Source: a virus | Lineage: Duplodnaviria; Caudoviricetes | Strand: one strand, 5' to 3' | IMG/VR virus record: IMGVR_UViG_3300021511_000007 | Span: 1,191-65,190 of that record | DNA: 64,000 nucleotides | Position numbers and translations under genes: made by a program | The notes under the pieces: model-generated | The model's input: the letters and a program-made list of their open reading frames with translations, nothing else | Told to the model about the DNA's origin: nothing | Databases searched by the model: none | Shown: positions 28,951 through 36,741 of the stretch, piece after piece | How the letters are laid out: the number at the start of each line of letters is the position of its first letter | How positions within the stretch are numbered: the stretch's first letter is position 1

Positions 28951-29499
28951 ATGGATAAATTAAAAGAAGAAGTCATTACTCATCTTTTGGGACTCCTAAA
29001 AAAGTGGTTGCCACATCCGAAATCTTATTTGCTACTGCTAGTAACAGTGCTCCTATCAGCATCCCTTTTTGTGTATCCTGAGAAAGCCCTAGAATTAGTT
29101 CAGAAAAAACCAACACCAGAAATAATATCGGACCTAAAATGGATAATTTCACCGTGGCTCTTATTCCTTGGCGTTTTGGTTGCTCATTTTCAAACTGTCG
29201 CATATCTTCACTCCCAAATCACGAAGGAAAAATTCGATATAAACAATTACGGACTTCATGAATTTCCCACCACAGCGCGGGCATATAAACTTAAACTAAA
29301 GCAAAATAATCAGAACACAGAGCCCACCCAGTATTTGTGTGAATATTGTGCTGCTAATAATTATGAATCTCCCTTGCAACCTGTTGGGTTCAACAGGGGT
29401 GTTTCGTTTTTCCTTAAATGCCACAAATGCGGGCTTATAATTCCAATAAAAACAATGTCTAATGCACTTGAGCAACTAATCAGGTCTAAAATCACCTAA
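28951..29499 (+). CDS. AT-rich cassette gene: TM helices plus C-terminal CxxC/CxxC Zn-ribbon
   Basis: Hydrophobic helices, CEYC and CHKC; stop codon lies within the R'' ACCTAAC, as in classical cassettes. Confidence 0.8.
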   Translation: MDKLKEEVITHLLGLLKKWLPHPKSYLLLLVTVLLSASLFVYPEKALELVQKKPTPEIISDLKWIISPWLLFLGVLVAHFQTVAYLHSQITKEKFDINNYGLHEFPTTARAYKLKLKQNNQNTEPTQYLCEYCAANNYESPLQPVGFNRGVSFFLKCHKCGLIIPIKTMSNALEQLIRSKIT

Positions 29500-29556
29500 C
29501 TAGCGCCTACAGCCGACCGCGCAAACGACGCGCGGCGGCTGAGGCAAGCGTTAGTC
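29494..29556 (+). mobile_element. Canonical short attC site (63 bp)
   Basis: ACCTAAC-tagcgcctacagccgaccgcgc-aaacgac-gcgcggcggctgaggcaagc-GTTAGTC; the left arm carries extra bases relative to the right arm. Confidence 0.9.
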
Positions 29557-29889
29557 GCTCAATGCTTTCCGCGCCTTATGCCCTCTATCCTGTAGGACAA
29601 AATTATCTTCTTCAGCTTGACGGACCGCTCGTATCGTGACCCGATCAAGTGTTCCATCCAATGCCAGCGGGCTGCTCCAATAGTTATCGTCTTCCGCATA
29701 GAAAGAAAGCGCTTCTTGTAGATATGCGATTCGCTCTGTCGCCTCCCGCAATAAGTGCGCAGTTTTTCGGTCTTTTACGTGCGGTGCCATTTGCTGGTAA
29801 TGATGACGCAATCGACTAACAAGCGCGTCAACGCCGACCGCCGGGTCTGCGGCGGCTTCGGGGTTCGTGGTGTCTGTGGCTTCAGTCAT
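29551..29889 (-). CDS. Hypothetical protein (inverted cassette gene, 112 aa)
   Basis: Cassette ends GTTAGTCG (29550) and CGACTAAC (29813) are exact complements; RBS and ATG lie in the attC loop. Confidence 0.75.
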   Translation of the reverse strand: MTEATDTTNPEAAADPAVGVDALVSRLRHHYQQMAPHVKDRKTAHLLREATERIAYLQEALSFYAEDDNYWSSPLALDGTLDRVTIRAVRQAEEDNFVLQDRGHKARKALSD

Positions 29890-29942
29890 TTCTGCATGTC
29901 TCCTGTGCTCAATCCGGCGTCTCGTTACGCTTTACGTTAACG
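29814..29942 (+). mobile_element. attC-like site
   Basis: GACTAAC-aagcgcgtcaacgccgaccgccgg...ccggcgtctcgttacgctttac-GTTAACG. Confidence 0.8.
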
Positions 29943-29944
29943 AT

Positions 29945-30364
29945 TTACGCAGCCGACACCGCAGCATCGGCAGAGACAAGAAAGGCGTATGCCCAGTTGT
30001 CCTTATCACTATCCAATAAACCCGCTCTTGATGGGTGCGGGTCATGTACCATCTTGCCGTTCAGCCCCACTACGGCGTGCTGTGTGCCGCGCTCTGTCTT
30101 TCCATAGATCAGGTGGTAGCAATCCACCGCGCCGAACTTCTGGTGCGTATAGAAGCTGAACGTGTTTGAAATCAGGTGGAAATATCCGAGACTCCCGAGG
30201 AAGCCATTCAGTGTCTCGTTGAAATGGATGTCGTCGTTCTTCTCGTTGAAATGCGGGATGTCATACGGGTCCATCTCCAGGAGAGAGGCAATACATGCCC
30301 GCTGACAATCGCCGTACACACCGTTATCCGGGTCATTCAATATCGTCTGGTCTACTGGATTCAT
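29945..30364 (-). CDS. Phage hypothetical protein (Cys/His motif, 139 aa)
   Basis: 'GDC.RACIASLLE...PHF...HAVVG..G.MVHDPHPS' family motif. Confidence 0.75.
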   Translation of the reverse strand: MNPVDQTILNDPDNGVYGDCQRACIASLLEMDPYDIPHFNEKNDDIHFNETLNGFLGSLGYFHLISNTFSFYTHQKFGAVDCYHLIYGKTERGTQHAVVGLNGKMVHDPHPSRAGLLDSDKDNWAYAFLVSADAAVSAA

Positions 30365-30461
30365 GGCTTCAATTCCTCGTTGTTCCTGCCCGGCGTCGGG
30401 TTACGCAAATCCATCTTCATCCGTCTGGTAATGAAAAATGTGGCGTGCCTCACTCGCTCGG

Positions 30462-32867
30462 TTATGCCGTCATTCGATACTCGCTGAGATCAATAACCGC
30501 ATCAGCCAGCGCCCATGCATCCGGATTGTGAGACACGAAAAACTTCCTCTCGTAACCGCCTAGCTCCAAGGCCGCCCGGTCCATCGCATAAAACTGTTGC
30601 TTTCGTTCAGCGGTAAGCCCGTCCTCGGCTTCGTCGGCGAATAGTGTGCCGAACCGCATCCCGGCTGCGTCTTGGTGATACAGCCCGACCGCATCGGTCA
30701 GCGCCTTGTCGAGCCAGACGGCCTCGCCGCCGCTCTTGTGCACAATGCTGGCTTCCAGGCCGGTCTCGGCGTCGATCACCGAGATGTCGAATACCTCTTT
30801 GAGGATGCCGTTGGTCTTGTTTTGGCGCTGGGTCACGATGCGCACCGTAAACCGCGGTCCATACGCTTCTCGCAGTAGTCGATTGGCTATCTCCGCGATG
30901 CCGGGCCCGGCATCCTCAATGGAGAGATCCACGACACCGTGCAGGCCGGCGGTGAGGCGGCGCCAGTGCGCGATCTCCTCTTGGAGATAGGCGGCTCGCT
31001 CGGTGACGCTGGCGCCGTCGCTGATCTCCCGGGCCAGGGTGTCGCGCTCGGCCCGGCGCTGGGCCAGCTTGGCGGAGCAACCCTCCAGATCCGCACTGCT
31101 TTCGTTCAGGGCATCATCTGCCTTGCGGAGTACACCCTTGGCGTGATCCACGGCGTCCGCTTCATCGGCCGGCGGAAGCGCGTCCAACTCTTTCTGTTCG
31201 GCGGCCGTATGAGCCTGGAAGGCGCGGTTGATTTCGGATTCAGCGTCATTCAAGGTCTTTATTTCGGCGTCGATCTGACGCCGGTCTGTAGCTTCCGTTC
31301 CGTTGGCGATAGCCAGCCGCTCGGCCAAATCGACCAACTGCTGCTTCGCCTGCTCGATATCCTCCTGCGCACCCTGCAGGGCCGGGAGGAGCGCGGCGAC
31401 GCTTCGTGCTTCGGTGATTTGCTGGTTCAGCTTGTGCTGTTTGCCTTGGAGTATGCGGTACTCGGCGTCAGGGTCGCCCATGGCTGCGAACGCGGCCTCT
31501 GCTGCGCTCCGGCGAGCGTCGATGGTGTGATACTCGCCCAGCTTGTCCTTGCGCGCGGCATCCGTCGTGAGCGCGCTCTTTGCCGCTTGTATCGCATCGC
31601 TCAGGAGGGGGCACGGGGTGCATTTGTCGCCGAAGAGCGCTTGCTTCGTCAGTGACGCTCTGCGCTCCATATCATCCTGTCGTCCGCGCAGAACCCGCTC
31701 CTCCTGGATTACCGCCGCGAGCGTGTGAACGATGTCGGTCAGGCCGATGGCTGCTTGGCGCTTGATCTCGATCTTGGTCCGCCACTCACCAGCCTTACCC
31801 TCCATCTCCGTGGAAAGTCTTGTCAGGGTCTCCAGGTCCTTGGTGGCGCCGCGGATCTCATTGGCTCGACCGAGAATTTCGCCGCTCCTGGCGATGCGCT
31901 TCTTGGCGGCGGCTAAATCGCTGGCGATCTGATCGCGGGTGCGCTCTGCGCCCTTGATAATGGCGGCTCCCCGCTGGCGCGTTGCATCACGGCCCCGGTT
32001 GATCCTCTTTATTTCTGTTGTATGGCCCTGCTGCAAGCCGGCAATACGAGCCTCCAGCTTGCCACGGGCCTCTCTGATCCTCTCCTGATCCAGACCCTCG
32101 GAGACGGCTCGGTCGTATTCCGACTTGGCGCGGGCGTGCGCCTCGGTGGCATCCCGGCGGGACGTGCGACAATCGGTCACCGCCTGCTCGATGCCGGGGA
32201 TCTCAATTTCGATTACCCCGGCCCTGGTGCGCTTGGCGTCCAGCCCGGCGGCCTCCTCTTCGATGCCCCCAGCGGCGCGCTCCAGCTGGAGCCGCACCTT
32301 CGCGGCCTGCTCTGCCAGTGCGTTAGGCTCGTCCAGGTGCAGCAGATCGCGCATCAACCCCTTGGGGTCGTCGTAGTCGGCCAGGCGGGGGGCGTTCTGC
32401 GCGCGGAATGCCGATAGGTAATATACCGACTGGGAGCCCAGGACGGCCTCCAGGCACGCATTGTAGGTGCCGGCTTTGCCGTCGCTGGCGGTGTGATCCG
32501 GGAGCGTCACGGGCACCCATTCGCCGTTGTTGCGGACGTGCAGGAACGCCTTGGTGCTTTGCGCTTTCTTGGTCTGGCGATAATGGATAGTGCTGCGGTA
32601 CAGTTCGCCGCCGTGCTCCCATTCCAGTACGCGCTCACCATCGTCACCGAAATGGTCGTACATGGACCCCGGGAGTTGAGGGGGATTCAGCCACGGGGAC
32701 ATGCCGAGATTGAGCAGCGTGGACTTGCCCATGCCGTTGTCGCCTTTGATAGCGACCGTTACGGCGTCGGCTGGGATGACGCCGGCCACTTCGATGGTGA
32801 TCTCATCGCGGTTGAGCCCGGCCCGGATGCCGATCGCGCCGCGCAGGGTTAGGGTTTTGGGGTTCAT
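30462..32867 (-). CDS. sbcC: SbcC/Rad50-like SMC ATPase (801 aa)
   Basis: Walker A 'GDNGMGKST', long coiled coil, CxxC hook (CTPC..L), signature 'KSGGE', Walker B 'LFADEAE', 'FVSH'. Confidence 0.9.
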   Translation of the reverse strand: MNPKTLTLRGAIGIRAGLNRDEITIEVAGVIPADAVTVAIKGDNGMGKSTLLNLGMSPWLNPPQLPGSMYDHFGDDGERVLEWEHGGELYRSTIHYRQTKKAQSTKAFLHVRNNGEWVPVTLPDHTASDGKAGTYNACLEAVLGSQSVYYLSAFRAQNAPRLADYDDPKGLMRDLLHLDEPNALAEQAAKVRLQLERAAGGIEEEAAGLDAKRTRAGVIEIEIPGIEQAVTDCRTSRRDATEAHARAKSEYDRAVSEGLDQERIREARGKLEARIAGLQQGHTTEIKRINRGRDATRQRGAAIIKGAERTRDQIASDLAAAKKRIARSGEILGRANEIRGATKDLETLTRLSTEMEGKAGEWRTKIEIKRQAAIGLTDIVHTLAAVIQEERVLRGRQDDMERRASLTKQALFGDKCTPCPLLSDAIQAAKSALTTDAARKDKLGEYHTIDARRSAAEAAFAAMGDPDAEYRILQGKQHKLNQQITEARSVAALLPALQGAQEDIEQAKQQLVDLAERLAIANGTEATDRRQIDAEIKTLNDAESEINRAFQAHTAAEQKELDALPPADEADAVDHAKGVLRKADDALNESSADLEGCSAKLAQRRAERDTLAREISDGASVTERAAYLQEEIAHWRRLTAGLHGVVDLSIEDAGPGIAEIANRLLREAYGPRFTVRIVTQRQNKTNGILKEVFDISVIDAETGLEASIVHKSGGEAVWLDKALTDAVGLYHQDAAGMRFGTLFADEAEDGLTAERKQQFYAMDRAALELGGYERKFFVSHNPDAWALADAVIDLSEYRMTA

Positions 32868-32894
32868 TGGGGGCGCTCCACCTATGTCCTCGTG

Positions 32895-33032
32895 TTAATG
32901 CGAATTGCGCCGGTTGTATCGGAGCCACCAGCGCCCATCCGAGCATGGTCTGGCGATCAGTTCCAGCTTGTGCCGCTTACCCGTGCGATGCATATGGATA
33001 TTGATCGTGATTGTTGCCGGAAGTCTTGCCAT
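32895..33032 (-). CDS. Small hypothetical protein (45 aa)
   Basis: AGAGGGG RBS shared with the VRR-NUC gene; MARLPATITINIHMHRTGKRHKLELIARP... Confidence 0.45.
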   Translation of the reverse strand: MARLPATITINIHMHRTGKRHKLELIARPCSDGRWWLRYNRRNSH

Positions 33033-33065
33033 TTTGGCCCCTCTGGTGTTGTTTTTCAGCAGCGC

Positions 33066-33121
33066 ATCAGACGGTTACGTGGGTAATCGTTTTATGCGGA
33101 GCTGCATAACGCCTGTTGGGC
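33066..33121 (+). mobile_element. attI-like site heading cassette array 2
   Basis: Duplicate of 27912-27963; TGCATAA-N5-GTTGGGC. Confidence 0.6.
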
Positions 33122-33125
33122 CGAC

Positions 33126-33314
33126 TCAAATGTTCTCCAAATCTCCATCAATATCAAGCACCGTTTCCCCGGTATCCATATCCTCCAGTTCGGTGACTTT
33201 GATCACGTCATAGGCTCCGCCGTTTACCGGCGTGTCCGGATGCCACTGGGTCAGCGCGTCCCGCAGTTGCCTGACGGTGGAGATGTTTTCAATTACCTTG
33301 CCCTGCTTAAACAT
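33126..33314 (-). CDS. Hypothetical protein (inverted cassette gene, 62 aa)
   Basis: AGGAG RBS; MFKQGKVIENISTVRQLRDAL... Confidence 0.6.
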   Translation of the reverse strand: MFKQGKVIENISTVRQLRDALTQWHPDTPVNGGAYDVIKVTELEDMDTGETVLDIDGDLENI

Positions 33315-33335
33315 CGTGTTCTCCTGGGAATTGCT

Positions 33336-33423
33336 TCCCAATAAAGTTTTCAAGCCAACCCTGATGGGTCGGCGGCGGATCTCAGGCCCCGCAGCGGGGG
33401 GGCGGCTGAAAACGGCGTTATGC
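33336..33423 (+). mobile_element. attC-like site (degenerate R'')
   Basis: TCCCAAT-aaagttttcaagccaaccc...gggcggctgaaaacggc-GTTATGC. Confidence 0.65.
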
Positions 33424-33780
33424 CGACGTATCCGGCTCCAGGAATCGAACCGGTTTTCCAACACTACGGCTGTATTTCAGTTCCTTGCGCGTAGACTCAC
33501 CGATGTAGCCGCCAACGTTAAGAACGAGCACCTCATCTGCCAGATCTATTTTTCGTAAATGGAGTTCATCTAGTGCCCGTTTCTCGGGGCCGTCTTCTCT
33601 GATCGGGGCGTCTCCCGCATGGATCATTACCCCAACTGACAGTACTATTCGGCCAGCAAGTGACTCCTCTCTGTGCGCTGTTATCCACGCATCCGCGAAC
33701 CGAGTAGAGCCGCACAGACAAACGATCTGCGGCATAACAAGGCTATGAACCCGACCTGTAGACTCCTGTGTTTCGCTCAT
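33418..33780 (-). CDS. Nucleoside-deoxyribosyltransferase-like/DUF4406-type protein (inverted cassette gene)
   Basis: 'IVCLCGSTRF...LDELHLRKIDLADEVLVLNVGGYIGEST..E'; cassette ends GTTATGCC/GGCATAAC are exact complements. Confidence 0.75.
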   Translation of the reverse strand: MSETQESTGRVHSLVMPQIVCLCGSTRFADAWITAHREESLAGRIVLSVGVMIHAGDAPIREDGPEKRALDELHLRKIDLADEVLVLNVGGYIGESTRKELKYSRSVGKPVRFLEPDTSA

Positions 33781-33844
33781 GCTCAGTGTCTCCTGTGTTC
33801 TGGTGTTGTTCGGTGTGGGGCGGGTTATGGCCAGCCCGTTAGAT
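33732..33844 (+). mobile_element. attC-like site
   Basis: GCATAAC-aaggctatgaacccgacc...gggcgggttatggccagccc-GTTAGAT; the loop holds the antisense RBS and ATG. Confidence 0.8.
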
Positions 33845-33848
33845 TTAC

Positions 33849-34135
33849 TCAGCCAATCACCGCTATTGCAGTCTTGTCCTGCGGCAGCATCCCGTAAATC
33901 TCTGCCAAAGTTGGCGCTATGGCTTCGCTCTTCATCTCAGCCAAAAGCCCGTTGCGGTTCCTTCCGAATTCATGGGTATACACAGGGCGTCCCAATGTTT
34001 TTTCCACGGCCTCATGGAACACGCCAAATGGGCAGCACAGTTTGTATTGTACCATTTGAAAACAGCTATGCCGGCATGGTCTTGCTCTTTCCACCATTCA
34101 CTTTCATACAGTTTAATCGCTTGCTCTTTTGTCAC
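33849..34135 (-). pseudogene. Frameshifted phage hypothetical gene in a cassette
   Basis: MTKEQAIKLYESEWWK...IAVF continues as QMVQYKLCCPFGVFHEAVEKTLGRPVYTHEFG in another frame; one base appears missing in the T run near 34060. Confidence 0.6.
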
Positions 34136-34198
34136 CGGAGCGCGTAGACCCCTGCGGGTTTCAGGTAGGGCGCCGCGGCGCCCGGTTAAGCTTGTGCG

Positions 34199-34519
34199 TT
34201 ATGAATACTGAGATTCCGCCCACTTCTCCCAGGAAAATCCGCATTCGCAGTCCGGCCACTCTCTGCCAGAGAAGTCCTGGGCTCCGTAATCGGCTGGTAT
34301 GGTGCAATTAGGACACATCGGCACCTGAATAATGATGCGAGTGCCAGGAGGGAATTCTGGGGCGCTCAGCTTCAGGTCCAGGGTCGCCCCGATATTCTCG
34401 TCACCCTCTTTGGGGTAACTGGTAATCCACGTCGGGCGCATCTGATCGCTGCGTTCGCCGTCATAGCAATCGGGCTCCATGCGGTATGTTTGGCTGTCGT
34501 GCATATGCATGCGATTCAT
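34199..34519 (-). CDS. Zn-finger hypothetical protein (inverted cassette gene, 106 aa)
   Basis: CPNC and CEC motifs; cassette ends GTTATGAAT/ATTCATAAC are complementary over 9 bp. Confidence 0.7.
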   Translation of the reverse strand: MNRMHMHDSQTYRMEPDCYDGERSDQMRPTWITSYPKEGDENIGATLDLKLSAPEFPPGTRIIIQVPMCPNCTIPADYGAQDFSGREWPDCECGFSWEKWAESQYS

Positions 34520-34610
34520 AACAAATCATTCCAGCCGATCCCGCGCGTCGGCATTTGAGTTCAATTCGGGCATTGTGCCAGCGCGGGACCGGCTGATTTC
34601 AACGTTAGAT
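34516..34610 (+). mobile_element. attC-like site
   Basis: TCATAAC-aaatcattccagccgatcccgcgc...gcgcgggaccggctgatttcaac-GTTAGAT. Confidence 0.85.
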
Positions 34611-34766
34611 GCGCAAGCGGAGTAGTTCCACTTTCAAGGCTTCGCGTTCCTCGTTTGTAATCCACACTTCCCACTTTGACCGCCCCATGGCCTCCTGCCG
34701 TGCTTTGAATGTCTTGCCCCTAGCGGTCACCGCCGCTGGGGGTTCTGGCTTGCGGGCCTGGTTCAT
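34605..34766 (-). CDS. Small hypothetical protein (53 aa, inverted cassette gene)
   Basis: Hand translation MNQARKPEPPAAVTARGKTFKARQEAMGRSKWEVWITNEEREALKVELLRLRI; stop falls in the GTTAGAT core. Confidence 0.55.
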   Translation of the reverse strand: MNQARKPEPPAAVTARGKTFKARQEAMGRSKWEVWITNEEREALKVELLRLRI

Positions 34767-35285
34767 GGCAAAAAACAGCAGGGCGCGTAATCAAGTGGGC
34801 GCCCTCCGAGTCTACCGGGGAGAATATTCCATCCGCACCGAGCTGATGCAACCATGTGCGAAACCTCCACTCTGAGCGCATTATGCTGCCGGTCAAATCC
34901 ATTAAAATTCTGTTTCCACCGACATCCAACATCGCACTCCGGGGGAGTGTTGATGTTGGCGGGGTCTGCCGGAGCAGGTCTCATGCCAGCCGAAACCGCT
35001 CAACGCGCCCGCCCTTGGATTGGGCCAACTTGGACGCGAACATATACGCCTCGTCGTAAGAGGAGCAGCCGGTATTTCCGCCACCGAACCAGCTCCCGGC
35101 GCCGGTTAACTCAACATGGTAGATTCCGGATATTATGGTATAGGTTACGTCGAATTTCATATCAGTCTCCGGTTCGGTGTTTTGTTTCAGTAACTATATT
35201 GTCTCATATCGTTTCCGGAAACGCAAGCTCTTTCACTGCAAATTCAAAAGAAAATTCAACTGCTCCCAGGCTCCGCAGCAGGCGC

Positions 35286-35372
35286 ACCTAACCAGGCAAT
35301 AAACCGGAGCGCTTAGACCCCGGCAGCTCCCCCGGGCGCAGCAGCGGCGCCCGGTTGTTGCAAGCGTTGGGC
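35286..35372 (+). mobile_element. attC-like site
   Basis: ACCTAAC-caggcaataaaccggagcgc...gcgcccggttgttgcaagc-GTTGGGC. Confidence 0.8.
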
Positions 35373-35643
35373 GTATCAACCAAGTACCTTACCGGAGTGT
35401 CGCTACCTCGTGAAAGATTTTGGGACATCCCAGTCCCCAAAATCGACTCGCCTACGCGACAACCTTTGGTGCCCCGGCACGCCCTGCGGTCGGCGCTGGA
35501 CTCGACAAACACACGCCGAGCCCAACACCGCCCACAAATGGCTTTACGGCGTGTCGGATGTCCTTGCAGATTTTCTCCGCGGCTTCGGGATACACCCCCC
35601 TTCGCCACTACGAAAATCCGCCCGGACCTACGCCTACCGGGGA

Positions 35644-35877
35644 CTACCAGCCTTCGCTTCGCTCTCCATGGCTGGCAGCGATCGGTGTTCTGTCTCTTTC
35701 GGACGCCGTTATTGCACCGTCGATTTTCCGCATTGATGGCACCTTGCCAGTGTTTAGCCAGCGCAGGTAAATAGCGTTAATCGGCTTCGGTGGGGTACCG
35801 AGGGAGTACGTCCATATGCTCACGTAGTCTGCTATTCGTCTGCACCGTTCGTGTTTTTTGAAAGAACTCATAACCAT
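35644..35877 (-). CDS. Hypothetical protein (inverted cassette gene)
   Basis: Starts at or near the GTTATG of the R'' of attC 35868. Confidence 0.45.
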   Translation of the reverse strand: MVMSSFKKHERCRRIADYVSIWTYSLGTPPKPINAIYLRWLNTGKVPSMRKIDGAITASERDRTPIAASHGERSEGW

Positions 35878-35954
35878 TCATTCCTACCGAGCCGTGAGAC
35901 TCCGGCGGCTGATCTCCGGTCCGCTGTGCGGCCGGCAGAATTCAACCGTTAGAT
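35868..35954 (+). mobile_element. attC-like site
   Basis: TCATAAC-cattcattcctaccgagccg...cggccggcagaattcaacc-GTTAGAT. Confidence 0.75.
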
Positions 35955-36158
35955 TTACAAGTTATTCTCAATATCCGTAGGCACCTGACTGAAAGCAATG
36001 CCAACCATGGTGTGGATCTCGTTAAGAATCATCTCATCGGGAGCGTTAAGCTCAATCAGCCGCCCAAGCCGAAGACTATGGCTCAGCACGCTGTGCTTCC
36101 ACTTAGGCGCTGAAACAGGCAATAAATAAGCCGCTTGTTTTTTGCTTGCTGCGCGCAT
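35955..36158 (-). CDS. Hypothetical protein (inverted cassette gene, 67 aa)
   Basis: Cassette ends GTTAGATT (35948) and AATCTAAC (36177) are exact complements; the left attC arm follows. Confidence 0.65.
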   Translation of the reverse strand: MRAASKKQAAYLLPVSAPKWKHSVLSHSLRLGRLIELNAPDEMILNEIHTMVGIAFSQVPTDIENNL

Positions 36159-36179
36159 TTGCTCTCCCCCAATCAGAAT

Positions 36180-36482
36180 CTAACAACTGCATAAAGCCAG
36201 ACCGCCCCGACCGGCGCGGCTCCCCCAACCCTCTTTCCCAGCCATCTCCTCTACCCGAGCCTTTCTCTTGGCTTCGAGAACAATCCCTGCTGCCACCTCG
36301 CTCCATCCCGGAATGTTGCGTCTCGCTATTTTCAAGACATATCCTCCGGGCCGCTTTGTTGACAGCGCGTTTCTAGCAAGCACCACTGCGCACGTAGGAA
36401 CTGCGTCGCTGTTAACGGAAAGGCGCCGATGGTGTTGGGCTATCGCGATTACCAGCGCTGTTTTCATCGTGTTTTCGCTCAT
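36180..36482 (-). CDS. Hypothetical protein
   Basis: MSENTMKTALV... start within the tracked ORF. Confidence 0.5.
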   Translation of the reverse strand: MSENTMKTALVIAIAQHHRRLSVNSDAVPTCAVVLARNALSTKRPGGYVLKIARRNIPGWSEVAAGIVLEAKRKARVEEMAGKEGWGSRAGRGGLALCSC

Positions 36483-36495
36483 CTTATTGTCTCTT

Positions 36496-36735
36496 CTATT
36501 GGTTCCAAGGAGAGAGTTTACGCCATTCATCCATGATCGAGTCGGCTGAGAAAATCAGCGGGTCAGCTACCGCATTCTCAAAATCTTTCCACGAAATGCG
36601 TTGCTCGATTTCATATACCATGCCCGCCCTGTTTTCGCTGACTCTCAAAGTAACCTCGCGCATAACATTGATATCGAGGTCAATGTTTGCGTGTGGTCCT
36701 AGTTCATTGGCCAAATTTTCGAGCCAGTGTTTCAC
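36496..36735 (-). CDS. Hypothetical protein (79 aa)
   Basis: ORF directly downstream of sbcD. Confidence 0.5.
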   Translation of the reverse strand: MKHWLENLANELGPHANIDLDINVMREVTLRVSENRAGMVYEIEQRISWKDFENAVADPLIFSADSIMDEWRKLSPWNQ

Positions 36736-36741
36736 GATGAA

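Noticed and set aside
28254-29203. Minus-strand ORFs 28254-28514 and 28976-29203
   Set aside because: Short antisense frames of the longer plus-strand cassette genes, whose final stop falls in the attC R'' as expected.
34520-34573. In-frame TGA upstream of several cassette genes as evidence of stop-codon recoding
   Set aside because: The TGA is the antisense of the common attC left-arm sequence TCATTC. An ATG follows in the core, and TGA is used as a normal stop elsewhere in the genome.
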